From: Hypanus sabinus
Taxonomy: Eukaryota
Length of the DNA stretch: 64,000 nt
NCBI RefSeq assembly: GCF_030144855.1
Contig: NC_082730.1
Location: 15,624,001 to 15,688,000 of the forward strand
Reading direction: 5' to 3'
Positions 10,494 to 23,600 of the stretch are shown here, in pieces. Below the pieces are notes generated by a model, which saw only the letters and a list, made by a program, of their open reading frames with translations, did no database searches and was not told the origin of the DNA. Within the stretch, counting starts at the first letter, position 1, and each line of letters opens with the position of its first letter. The position numbers were made by a program, and so were the translations under genes.

Positions 10494-13400
10494 GTAGGTT
10501 TCCCATTGATTGACATTACGTCTCCATTGAAATGTCTGATCCATGTTTTCTCTGGGAAGTCTCTGGGCAGTCGGAATATCCTGAAGCTGCTCAGCACTGC
10601 AGAGGCCTGTGGTGAGTGGGGAGGGGTCGGGATACCCTATTCATGCTTTCTGACCCACTGACTGGACACCGATTTCCAGTGGGAGGCTCAGCACATTCTC
10701 CTGCCTCTGAACTGGATGAAATGTCAGCCTGTCAGAGGTTTGCGTTCGGACATAAACTAATAATCCAACAACGGATCAGTGAGATAAAAATGTCACTCCT
10801 GGTCTAAATACCTGAATATCTATTAAAAGGAAATTGGTTGTCAGAGCTCAGCAGACTCAGCTCAGTCCTCTGGGAGTAGGCCAGCACAGTCCCACCTCAC
10901 CTCAGGGATCAGTTGCTCCCTCCACAATATGCCTCTTTCTTTGTGTCTCTCTGTCTGTCTCTATCTGTTGCTCTGTCTGTGGCTATCTCTCACTCTCTCT
11001 CTCACTCTCTCCCTCCATCCCAATCAAGCCACTATGGGCCCCCACAATCAGCACCCGCTGACCACCCACACCCAACAGCCAAGCTTTCCGTCCGGCCCAA
11101 TCCCGTACGGAAAATACTGCAATGGAACTACAGAAGCTGTTTGAACGTGTAACTTCCAGCACAGAAACAGGCCCTTCAGTCCACCAGGTACCACTGCCTG
11201 TGTTCCCCAGAATGAAAGGGTTAACATATGAGATGCATTGGATGGTATTCCAGGAACATAATTAGGCCGTTCAGCCCATCAATCTGTGCCACCATTCTAT
11301 AATAGCCGATTTATTATCCATCTCAGCCCCATTCTCTCCATAACTTTTGACACCCTTTCCAATCAAAAACCACAAACATCCACTTTAAATATTCGCAATG
11401 ATGTAGCCTCCACAGCATTCTTTTTCAATGAATTCCATAGTTTCACCACACTCTGAATAAAGAATTCCTTCTCATCTCTGTTCAAATGGGATGCCATTGT
11501 GCTCTCTCATCCGAGACTCCCCCATGACAGGAAACATCATCTCCACATACACTCCCACCAGATCTTTCACTATTCGAGAGTTTTCAATGAAATTTCCCCC
11601 TCATTCTTCTAAACTTCAGCAGTACAGGCCCAGAGTCATCAAACGTTCCTCATGCATTAACCTTTTTCATTCCTTGGACCATTCCCTTGAATCTCCTCTG
11701 GACCCTCTCCAGATACAGCATATCCTTTCGTAGACAGGGATTCCTAAACTGTTCAACATATTCCAAGTGCAGTCTGACCAATACCTTCTAAAGCCTCCGT
11801 TCTTGGATAACTTCCCAACAACCGACTGGAAAACATTTTATGATTCCATAGGTGTACTTACAGCTGTGCACAGGATTGGGATTAATTTTAAACACATAGG
11901 TCAAAAGGTCTTTTCTTCATGATATTTTTGCTGTTGTTCAGTGATCTTGCTGAAACAAAAGTGCTTATCTGAAGATATTTTGCATTTCTGCACTTGTCCT
12001 CATCAGCATATTGAGAAGTTTTCCAAAAAGTGATGGGGCAATGCAGGAAGAGGATGGAACAATTTGTTTATATATAGCATCTGTTAGTACTTCTCTATAT
12101 TCTGTTCGGTAAGTTAAATAAATACAGAAGTTCTAACCACATCTTTTGCTGAGGGTGAACATTACACAGATGACAGCAGTGACTGACACAACAGAGTCAG
12201 CACTCATAAAGTACAGAATTTAAGTAGATATACATTCATGACTAATATGCTGTACTGTTTTCCTCTAAAACAAATGTAACAAACCCAAAGTAACAAAAGC
12301 TCTCTGTACTGAATTATTTTATCATTTATCCATTTCTATACAATGTGAAATACAATGAAACAACACACACAAAATGCTGGGGATCTCAGCAGGCTGTGCA
12401 GTTGAACAATTAACAATGGTTAGTTAAACTTCAAGATGGTGCCGATACAGATAATTTCAGAACATGTAGTATGCCAGTGATACTAAACCTGATTCTGATT
12501 CTGATTCTGCACTACGTCTCCAATATGTATGACCTGTGAGAATTGTTATCCCTTGTACTGAAGCTCTCTCAGACTGAGAGACCTGTGTGTTTACTATGTC
12601 CTATGATTCTATGAGAAATAGAAACTACAGTGGTTGTCTACTTACACAGACCACTTCCTGTCAAAATGGAGTTGATTTTGTTCAGGAACAGATCTGATGT
12701 GGCTTTTACCCATTGTGAATGGGTAATACCATTCAATAGGTTTTCCCCTCACATCTAACTAAAGCAAAATGAAATCACGTCAGAGCTCTTGAAATGCAGC
12801 AATGGATGGAAAAGAATTTAGAAGAGGTGAGCTCTAAAAGTTACTTCAAAGAGTGGTCACGGCCTTCAGAGAGGGAATGAAGACCATAAAACAAAAAGAC
12901 ATAGAAGAATTAGGCCATCTTTCCCATTGAGTCTGTTCCATTATTCCATTAAGTTTAAAAGTTGAAAGTTCAATATACATTTATGTTCAAAGTATTTATA
13001 CATTAGGCAACCTTGAGATTCGTCTCCATACAGGCAGCCACAAAACAAAGAAACCCAAAATAATTTATAAATAAAAATCAACACCCAATGTGCAGAGAGA
13101 AAATAAACAAATCATGCAAACAATAAAAATAAGCAAATAGCATTTAGAATGAAAATGAGTCATCAGACTCAAAGCCCAGAGCAGTCGGATCAGACCGTAG
13201 CTTCAGCCTCAATTCAGTGCAAAGTGGAGTAAACATCGAGGAGCCCACAGACATGAAGCCCAGAGAGCAACTTTCTACTCAGAATCACAATATTCAACAA
13301 GTGCTCCTTCCCTTTCCACCATTAAGTTTTCACCATGAACCCTTTCCACAAGAGCTCAACACCTAATTCACCATGGCTAACATTTTCAATCAAGCCAAAA

Positions 13401-13529
13401 ACAAAACTTCTGTAGGAGCTTTGGGAGCCATGTGGGATCTGCGGAGACAGAGTGGTGTACATTTCAGATTAATCCCCCTGCTTCATGTCACTTTGAGCTA
13501 TTTATTTTTGCTTCTGATTAGCTTGTCTA

Positions 13530-16500
13530 ATAAGATATAGGAGCAAAATGAGGCCATTTGGCCCATCACATCTGCTCTGTCATTTCATCAGTGATGATCT
13601 AATTTCCTCTCAGCCCCAATATCCTGGCTTTTCCCCATATCCCTTCACGCCCTGACCAATCAAACATCTATCAACTTCTACCTTAAATATACATAAAGAT
13701 TTGGCCTCCATAGTTACCTGTGGCAAAGATTTCTGCAGGATCACCACTGTCTGCCTGACGAAATTCCTCCTCATCTCCCTTCTGAGTGGATGCCCTCCTA
13801 TTCTGAGGCTGTGTCCTCTAGCCTTAGACCCTCCCAGCTAAGGAAATATCCTCTCCACATCCACTCCATCAAGGGTTTTAACCATGAAATGTTTTTCAAT
13901 TAGATCACTGCCTGTTTTTCTGAGTTCATGTTAAAACAGACTCAGAGTCATCTAACGCTCTTCATATGATAAGCTATTCAATCCTGGAATCATTTTTGTG
14001 AACCTCCTCTGAACTCTCTCCCGTTTCAGCACATCTCTTCTAAGATAAATGACCCAAAACTGTTTGCAATACTGTAAGTGAGGCCTCAGTTGTGTTTTAT
14101 TAAGTCTCAACATTACTTCCTTGCTTTTATATACTAATCCTCTTGAAATGAATAACATTGCATTTGCCTTCCTCTCCACAGACTTAACTGCAAACTAACC
14201 TTTAGGGAATCCAGCACAAGAACGTCCAATTCCCTTAGCACCTCAGTTCTTTTGTATTTTCTCTCCATTTAGAAAATAGACTCTCCTTTCATTTCTTCTG
14301 CTAAAGTGCAGGACCATACACTTCCCAACGCTGTATTCCATGTGCCACTTCTTTGTCCATTCTCCTAATCTATCCAAGTCCTTCTGTATCCTCTCTACTC
14401 CCTCAAAACTACCTGCCCCTCCACCTATCTTTGTAAGGTCTGCAAACTTGGCAACAAAACAATAAATTCCATCATCCAAATCATTGACATATAATGTAAA
14501 AAGAATCAGTCCCAACACATACCTTAGACAACACCACTACTCTCAAGCAGCCAACCAGAAAAGGCTCCCTTTATTTCTGTTATTTCCTTCCGGCCAATCA
14601 GACAATGCTCTATCCAGGCTAGAATCTTCCCTGAAAAACTTCATAGCTTGTTAACTAGCCTCATTTGTGCCACCTTGTCAAAAACCTTCTGAAATTCCAA
14701 GTACAAACATTAACCACTTCTCCTTTATCTGTTCTGCTTGCTATTACTTCAAAGAATTTCAGCATATTTGTCAATCAAGATTTTCACTTGAGGAAATCAT
14801 GCCACTTAAGGCCTATTTGATCATGTGCCTCAAAGAACTCTGAGACCTCATCCTTAATAATCGACTCGACACACCTTCCCAACTATTGACATCAGACTAA
14901 CTGGCCAATAGTTTCCTTTCTTCTGCCTCTCTCCCTTCTTGAAGAGTGCAGTAACAGTTGCAATTTTCCAGTCTTCCGGAACCATTCCAGAATCTAGTGA
15001 TTCTTGAAATATCATTACTACTGCCTTCGCAATCTCTTCAGCCACCTCTTTCAGTAATCAGTAGTGTATGACATCTGGTCCAGGTGACTTATCTACCTTC
15101 AGGCATTTTATTTTTCTGAAAACCTTCTCTCTAGTAATGGTAATTTCACAGATTTCATGACCCCTGACACCTGGAACTTCCATCTCACTGCTAGTGCTTT
15201 CTACTAGCATTGAAGCAAAATAATTATTCAGTTCTTCAGCCAATCCCTTGTTCCCCATTGCTACCTCTCCAGCATCATTTTCCAGCAGGCCAATTCAACT
15301 CTCACCTCTCTTTTACAATTCATGTATCTGAAGAAATTTTTGGTATCCTCTTTAATATTATTAACCATATAATCATATAACAATCACAGCATGGAAACAG
15401 GCCATCTCGGCCCTCCTCCTCCGTGCAGAACTCTTAATTTCACCTAGTCCCACCTACCCGCACTCAGCCCATAACTCTCCACTCCTTTCCTGTCCATATA
15501 CCGATCCAATTTTACCTTAAGTGACACAATTGAACTGGCCTCTACTACTTCTACAGGAAGTTCATTCCACACAGCTGTCACTCTCTGAGTAAAGAAATAC
15601 CCCCTCATGTTTCCCTTAATCTTTTGCCCCCTAACTCTCAAATCATGTCCTCTCATTTGAATCTCCCCTACTCTCAATGGAAATAGCCTATTCACATCAA
15701 CTCTATCTATCCCTCTCAAAATTTTAAATACCTCGATCAAATCTCCCCTCAACCTTCTACGCTCCAATGAATAGAGACCTATTCTCTAGCTAACTTTCTT
15801 ATTCCTCTTTACATGCTTAATAACGTTTTCAGTTGCCTTCTGATGGTTTTTGAAACCTTCCCAATCCGCTAACTTCCCATTAATTTTTCCTCTGTTATGT
15901 ACCCTTTGTTTGGCTTTTATGTTTGCTCTGACTTCTCTTGTTTGACACGGTTGTGTCATCTTTCCTTTACAATACTTCTTCCTGTTTGGGATGTATATAT
16001 CCTTCACCTTCTGAATTGCTTTGAGAAAACCCAGCCATTGTTGCTCTGCTGTCATCCCTGCCAGTGTTCTTTTCCAATCAATTCAGGCCAACTCCTCTCA
16101 CATGCCTCTTTCATTGCCTTTCCTCCACTGTGATAGTGATACACCTGACTTTTGCTTCTCCTTCTCAGATTTCTCGGTGAATTTCATCATATTGTGGTAA
16201 GAATTTGTTCCATAATGATAGATGAGGAAGCTCATTAAACTCAACAACTGTTTTATTGTGATAAACACAAAACAGGCCGGGCACCATGGCCGGAGAGGGA
16301 ACCCACTCAATCTCATACAGACGGGAGAGGTGACCATCGCACACCCCAGTTACAGTTAGAGTGATGCACAAATACACAAGTACACAATCTCCTCAGAAAG
16401 AGTGCAGAACAGATTTACAAGGATGTTGCCTGGACTGGGGAGCATGCCTTATGAGATGTCAGGGGTAAGTTTCATAAGCAATTCTTTATGCCTTATGTGA

Positions 16501-19500
16501 ATAGGTTGCATGAACTCAGCCCTTTTCTCCTTGTAGTGACGGAGGATGAGAGGTGACCTGATAGAGGTAGGTACAGAGGAGATGTCAGGGGTAAGTTTTT
16601 TATTCAAAGTGAATGCATGGAATGGGCTGACAGCAATGGAGGCAGATATGATAGGCTCTTTTAAGAATCTCCTGGATATGTACATGGAGCTCAGAAAAAT
16701 AGAGGGTTGTAGATAAGCCTAGGTAATTTCTAAGGTAAGGACATTTTTGTGGGCCGAAAAGCCTGTATTGTGCTGTAGGCTTTCTATATCTATGCTTCTA
16801 AGTGAATAACTGTATAAAATGTACCTTCCAGTCATAATCCAACAAGAACATTTTAATACGAGAACAATAAACGGTGCTGGTCATTAGAAACGCAGGGGTG
16901 ATTTGTCGATGACATGCACACACCTCCATCCCAGAATGTCACACTGCCCCATCTGAACAGTCAGCTATCATCAACAATGCCGGAGTTCATAACAGAGTCC
17001 TAAATCCCAGTGGGGGTCCACACTGCCGCCTGGGGCGCTGGGGTTTCTGGAGCCCCAGTTTGTGTGAAGCAAAATGCAGGTCATCTGGAGTGGCATTTCT
17101 ATCATTCAGCCTCACTGGGTCAGTGGTGACACTGTGCAAGTCAGTCCCAGTGTAGCACAACGGTGTTCTGCTCCGGCAACCGCACGCAATATACCGAGAG
17201 ATGGTTGAGCACCCCTTCCGGCCTCTTCCAATGGTTTCCCAGCCTGGGCGATAGACCCATACTGGGGGCCCCCACCATGTATAGCACATTGACACCCTAG
17301 AGATGTGGACCATCACTGCTGAGACACACTAGCCTTACAGCAGAGCACCAACAGATCCACATCCTGCCTGTACCCGGCTCAGTAAAAGCATTCACACAGC
17401 TTATCCAAAGTCTTTGCAACTCTGAAATGGCTGGCCCCCAATTGCCTGTGCACCAACTGTAGCACCGTAGTGTGGAGCCCCCAGTGGACCACCAGCTTTA
17501 AGAAACAGCAACCCGTCGCACATCACCAGCATACCCCTCTACGTATGTGGGGCTTTGGTGTCTGGATATAGGGCGGAGACCTCTGCCCGCTCTGCCCATC
17601 ATCCCACACTCAGCCATCCCCTCACCTGCATCAGCACAGGTCGCTCAACTGTTCGCTGCTGGTTCATGGTGGGGGAGTCATTGCCGGCTGCCACCCGAAG
17701 GGACATTCGCTCCTGGTTCAGCTGTGTTGTGTTGGATTTGCTCCGGGGTGTGTTGCACTGCTGCGGGCCACTGTGAGACCTGTGGTTGTTGCCGTGCCCT
17801 CCCAGTCTGCTTTCTGAAGCTGCCCTGCCAGAGAGAGCTATGGTTCAGTACCAAGATGGAGCGTTGCCCCCGGCACATCCACACAGGCACCGCCCCCCCC
17901 TCCACCCCAAACCCCAGCAGGACAGCAGGTCCAGGCCAGTGATGCAGGGTTCCTCAATATCGCCAAGCCACACCTCATGCTCCGCTGTGTTTCTCCCCAT
18001 TGCAATGCGCAGCCAACTCTTCCCTCTCATCAGTGCACAGTCGCTGGTGACTGTGGCCAGCTGGACGATGCCGCTGTTCACCCAGTTGGGGACTTTTGGT
18101 CCGTGTTGGGAAGAACACCGGAATGGATTATAGTGATGGTTAATCCCATGTCCACCAATGCCAGGCATCTGATGCCCTCCACCACGCAGTTCATGTATAA
18201 GCCTTGCCCTTCACCCCAACAGCCTGACCGGAGGGGTGACAATGGAGGGATTCTGCTAAAGGTCTCAGGTGACATGCATCCCGCCCCCCCCCCCCCCCAC
18301 AGTGTTTGGTGTTTCCCGATGGCTGCACTGGGCTGTGGCCTGGTGCTGGTGCTGGTGCGGAGCAGTCCTGGGCCAAATGGCCTGCTTCATCAAACAGGTA
18401 GAAGCGATCATTTCATAGCCTGCAGCGGGTTTGGCACAGTACTGGTCAGACTTGTCTCTCAGGCTCCTCCTCAGCAGTTTTCTTCTCCAGTTTGCTCACA
18501 CAATCCTAGCCTCGAGGCATGCAGGGTGAAGCCGGAATGTCTTGGGGTGCCAAAATTGCTTCTGCCCTCTCCGTATTGGCCACCAAAGGTGGTACTGTCA
18601 GGCAAACATGGTGCCAAAGATGCACTGGCGTCAGCGCCTTTACAAGGATATGGAGGGCAAGCTTTTCCTGGGCTGTGGAAGGGAACTAGGGGTAGCCATG
18701 CTGAAAGTAGTGACTGAGGTGGCTTGAGCACCCCCAGGCTTTCTGCCATACCGTGCCATCTGCTGCACAGTTCCTCCCTCTTTACTTCCACCAATGGCCT
18801 TTGCTCAATATACCACTACGAAGGCCCTGTAGGCACGCCGCACAGTCAGCGTTAGGTCGATGAGGGCCCATGGGGACTCCCCTTCCAGTGCTACAGAAAA
18901 GTGCACCACCAACTCGGAGGGCTCTACCTGTTGTGCCACCTGGCAAATTTGACTTGCTCCAGGTAAGGCTCCAGGCGGCTGATCCTGTCATATCTAGGGA
19001 GCTTTAGGGGTAGACCTTGGGGTGCAAATTGTCGAGGCCCTCTTGCTCCTGTGGCGTCTGCCATGGTGCCCATCCTCCCATAGCTACAGCATCTTGGTTA
19101 CCTGGTGCGGATCACGATGGAGGGGGGGTGATGCGCTCCGCCATATCCCCCAGGTTGGAGAGCCTGGTACGCTCGCTCCGTCGGGGCTCCCTGGGAAGGC
19201 ATGAAGCTCGGTTCTCAATCCCTCCCTCTGGGTCTCGTCTCGTGAGCTCAGTACGAGGCAAGCATACTGCTTGGTCCTAGACTTATTAACCGGGTCTTAA
19301 GGCACTCCATACGATGTCGTAGCTTTTCAACCTTTTTGTCAATTTCATATACCACTCCTGACACCAATGTGATGAACATTTGGTCCACAATAACAGACGA
19401 GGTAGCTCGTTAAATTCAACAACCTTTTCATTGTGATAAACACAAAACTGACCAGGCACCATGATCCAGAGAGTGAACCCAGCCAGTCTGATACAGACGG

Positions 19501-20340
19501 GGGAGATGACCATCACACACCCCGGTTACAGTCAGGGTGACCCACAAATACACAAGTGAATAACTGTATAACTCAAGCTAAAATGTAACAGTATATGAAC
19601 TTGAACTTCCTTCCATAGTCCCACAAAAGCATTTTAAAACAAGAGCAATAAATAGTGCCTGTCATTAGGAATGCAGGGGCGGTGTCACAATATTATGATC
19701 AGTTTCCCCTTAGAGTTCCTTTACCTTAAGCTTCCAAATCAATTCTGGTTCATTGCCCGACATCCAATCCAGAATAGCTGATCGTCCAGTGAGCTCAGCC
19801 ACAAGCTGCTCTAGAAAAACCACCTCATAGGCACTCTGCAAAATCCCCCCCAGAATCCAGCACGACCTGATTTTCCCAATCTACCTGCATATTGAAACCC
19901 TATGATTGTTCTAACATTGCCCTTTTGGCATGAATTTTCCATCTCCTGTTGTAACTTGCAGACCTCATCCTTACTACTGTTTGGGGGTCTGTATACAACT
20001 CCCATCAGGGTCTTTTTACCTTTGCAGTTCCTTAGATCTATCCACAATTGATTCAAGACTCTCCAACCATATGTCACCTATTTCTAATGATTTAGTTTTA
20101 GTTTTACCAACAGAGCCACCCACCCCTCTCCCTTCCTGCCTGTCCCTTCAATACAATGTGTATTAACATTGTACATTATACATTAAGCTCCCAACTATAA
20201 TCTTCTTTCACCCGTGATTCAGTGATGCCCACAACATCATACCTGTCAATCCGCAACTGGGCAGCAAGCTCATCTATCTTATACCGTATACTGCTCACGT
20301 TGAAACACCTTTTGTCCTGTATTCACCTTTTCCGATATTG
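13530..20340 (-). mobile_element. Long degenerate CR1 LINE, interrupted by the Gypsy element at 16193-19689 and by a CR1 3' fragment at ~15370-15790
   Basis: Minus-strand ORF fragments with CR1 ORF2 motifs: FTLYVNDLDDG...KFADLTKIGG, KVDKSPGPD, WKIATVTALFKKG, MGVVYRPPNSS. The CR1 sequence resumes across the ATAT target-site duplication. Confidence 0.85.
16193..19689 (-). mobile_element. Gypsy LTR retrotransposon, internally deleted (gag, protease and integrase remnants; no RT seen)
   Basis: Homologous LTRs at 16193-16943 (with a CR1-type insert at ~16381-16800) and 19368-19689, both TGT...ACA. 4-bp TSD ATAT. PBS TGGTGTCAGGAGTGG (minus strand, 19352-19366). Protease motif LALVDMG (18078-18275), degenerate zinc knuckle DEAGHLAQDC, and integrase HFRVAKTL...RQDV remnant. 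Confidence 0.85.
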
Positions 20341-20479
20341 TCTGTCTTTTATGTTGCAAGTCATCCTGTTGATATATTTTCTAATCCTAATATTTAACTC
20401 TTTTCACCATTCCATTTAGTATTTGGGAATTGTTTAAATGTTTCAGTCTTCCTAAATATGTCTGAAAGCTTTGCTGATT

Positions 20480-20608
20480 GTCACATACCACACCCGGCTG
20501 TGTTACCAGAGTTTTTTGATCAAACTTCCTGCTGCCTTCTTCCTCATTTTTATTCCAGTTATTTCTCTCTGAGGACAGACAGGTCCTGGCTGGGTCTCTG
20601 TGAGTAAA
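20480..20608 (+). promoter_or_regulatory. Candidate TATA-less myeloid/lymphoid promoter region of gene C
   Basis: RUNX-like ACCACA at 20487-20492, ETS core ACTTCCTG at 20524-20531 and PU.1-like TTCTTCCTCATTT at ~20537-20549, all within ~130 bp of the ATG. These motifs are short and could be chance. Confidence 0.3.
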
Positions 20609-20648
20609 ATGCACTGGACTTGGATTCTTCTGATTGTTTCCCTACCCG
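20609..20648 (+). CDS. Gene C leader (signal peptide) exon
   Basis: ATG CAC TGG ACT TGG ATT CTT CTG ATT GTT TCC CTA CCC G|gtgagt encodes [13 protein letters not shown]. Phase 1 joins V1b to give ...[11 protein letters not shown]. Confidence 0.85.
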
Positions 20649-23600
20649 GTGAGTAACAAGCTCTGGACGTTTGCATAATCAGTGTTGGTTTGGGGTGATA
20701 CACCATTTTCAGAACAGTACTTGAATGCCTGTAAACACTAAAGATGTCAGAAACTGGAATTCAGACTTCTCTGATGGAGAAACTCACTGGGTCAAGCAGC
20801 ATCTGTCAGGAGAGGGGGAATGTCAATGGTTTGAGTCGAACTTTGCATCAAGTGTGAGTGAGAGGCAGATAGTGTACATGGGAGAGGGGGAGTTGTGAGT
20901 CTGGGCCTACTAGGCGGTCGGGGAATGAGGAGGTGTGAAGCACAATGGGAAAATGGAATGGGGAGGAAAAGGGGTGGAGTTTGGAGATGGGTGAGAGGTG
21001 GAAGCAGCCAAGGAAAAAAGGGGACAAGTGTGGAGCCAGGTGTGGTGGGAATATATCCAGCTGGAGAAAAGTCCTGGAAGCTGTTAAATGGAAACATCAG
21101 GTCTACCATCGCTGAAATCTGATCTCATTCTGCAGGGATCACTACAACAATTGACATTATTGTCCTCAAATCAGTGTTTTTCCTGGGTCATTTCAGTTGG
21201 GCAATTAGTAAAGAACATCACAACATGCTAGAGGAACTCAGCAGGTCAGGCAACATCCATGGAACTGAACAGTCAACGTTTCGGGCCGAGACCCTTTGCC
21301 GCCCTCCAGCATGTTGTACGCGTTGCTTTGACCCCAGCATCTGCAGTGTGCTTTGTGTTTAGTAAAGAACATTACTAGATCTGGAGCCAAAGGTAAACTA
21401 GGGTGGGTTGGGATGAGAGATTTCTCTCCCAAAAAGGCCTTTCTGATTAAGATGAGATTTTGACAATCTGGCAGCTCATCATTATCATTATTGATATGTT
21501 TTTTTAAATAAATAATAAATTAGACTTAAGCATTGAATGTATCCTTACAGAAACTGAAATCACACCTGGATTTCTTGACACTAAAGTGGTAACAACCACT
21601 GCAGCCCCACTTTCTAACTACACATACTTGACAGGTAATTGACAGAAATACTTGATAGGTACAAAATATAAAATTTCCATCAGAACCAGAGGGCACAGTT
21701 TCAGACATCATGAGGGGCTTCTTTCTGGAGCTTATAAAATTGTTTGTAAGTGAAGAGAAGGTCAGAATTATAGCCTTTTTGAGAGAGTAGAAATACGTCC
21801 TCAAATCATCCTACCAAACTTGGCTCATCCCTAGAATTTCATGGAATCCAAGACACACACATGCATGCACACACAAATAGGAGAATCCCAAATTAAATAG
21901 CTGGGATCTCTATGTATATGAAAAGCCAAGATATTCTGAGGTAATTGAAAGGTCAACACTGCCGCTCTCCCTCAGTACTGCAGTGGAAGGTCAGCCCTGG
22001 GTCTCTGCTCAGGACTCTGGAGTGGGAAGTGAACCCACAATGTACTGACACAGGGGAGAGAGCACTGACACAGTAACAGCACTGACTGCACTGAAAGTGA
22101 CCTGGAGCTGTTTTTACACTTGTGTTCAAAGTTATTTATTTGCATTAAGTTGTTCCTTTCTCTTCAAATCTGAAAATGCCTCCCTCAGTTTCAGATGCAT
22201 TGTGGGCAGAGGAATATGTAAGAGGAGTTGTGGGAAGAGCGATCACAATCGATTGTCACTATGAAGCCATGTACAGCTCAGACACAAAGTATTGGTGCCA
22301 CGGATGGACTCGTCAATGTTCAATTTTAGTGGAAACAAAAGGTCAACATGGACAGAGTGGACAAGTGTCAATCACAGATTACCCGGAATGGGGAATATTT
22401 ACTGTTACTATGGAGGATCTTCACTCTGGAGATACAGGATGGTACAGCTGTGGAATTACAACATCAGGTTCCGATTCGATGTTTAATGTGCATTTACAAG
22501 TATCTGAAGGTAGGTTTCTCAGTGACTGACTTTGTGCCGTCAGTGAAATAAATGTCTCATCCATGTTTCCTCTGGGAGGTGCCACATAAAAAACTTAGCA
22601 ATAAGATAAGGATACATAGTGTTGAGGGTGATTATTAGCATGGATAGTCGATTAGTTAACTAATAGAGAGCAGAGAGTTTGAATACATGGGTGTTACTCT
22701 GCTTGGCAACCAATGGTGAGCAGTGTTTCACAGGGTTCGGTGCAGGGCCCGCATCTATTCACGAAATACATTAACAATCTGGAAGAGGGAACCGAGTATA
22801 GTGGGTCTAAGTTTGCTGATGACACCAAATTGAGTGGAAAAGCAAACTGTGCAGAAGATACGGAGAGTCTGCTGAGAGATATAGATAGGTTACATGAGTG
22901 GGCAAGGGTCTGGCAGATGGAGTACAATGTTGGTAAATGTGATGTTATCCACTTTGGAGGGAAAAATAAAAGTTTATTGTTTAAATGGTAAAAAATTGCA
23001 GCATGCTGCTGTGCAGAGGGACTTGGGACTGCTTGTGCATGAATCATAAAAGGTCAGTTTGCAGGTGCAGCAGGCTATCAAGAAGGCAAATAGGATGTTG
23101 CCCTTCATTGCTGGAGGGATTGAAGTTAAAAGCAGGGAGGTTATACTACAACTGTAAAGGGTACTGGTGAGGCTGCACCTGGAATACTGCGTGCAGTTCT
23201 GGTCTCCTTACTCGAGGAAGGTGTTACGAACTGTAACGTTTTAGAAAACAAACCAACAGCAAGAGATTTCACACTGAGTCAGATTTTAATGTTAAAACCA
23301 TTATCCTTATTAGCATCTACTTATAATATAGTAACTTAACCAACATAAACAAAAGTTAACAGTGTTATGTGTATAGATATGTATAAATACAGCTCCCAAA
23401 CTATATTGAGCTTGGGGGAACAAGGCTTAGAGTCTTGAGATGGTAAAGTAGGGTAAGTTCAGTTCATCCATGGAGTAAATGATGGGAGAGAGATATTTCT
23501 AATCAGGGTAACTGTAGAGAGAAGGTGATTGCGTTAAATTCCACAGGTTCCACGACGGTAGACTAAATATCAGTGGTCGAAGTTCCTCCATCGAGCTGTT

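Noticed and set aside
6400-11850. Similarity between ~6480-6890 and ~11400-11850 suggesting another duplicated module
   Set aside because: Mostly CR1 3' sequence; homology ends shortly after the repeat and no Ig exon follows 11850, so it cannot be distinguished from independent insertions.
12800-12826. 27-nt candidate micro-exon (gcag|CAATGG...GAAGAG|gtgagc) that might belong to gene B
   Set aside because: The splice sites are plausible, but there is no homology to any gene C exon and no TM exon nearby to connect it to; likely chance.
17977-18717. 246-aa plus-strand ORF
   Set aside because: Antisense to the GC-rich Gypsy gag/protease region; no recognisable domain.
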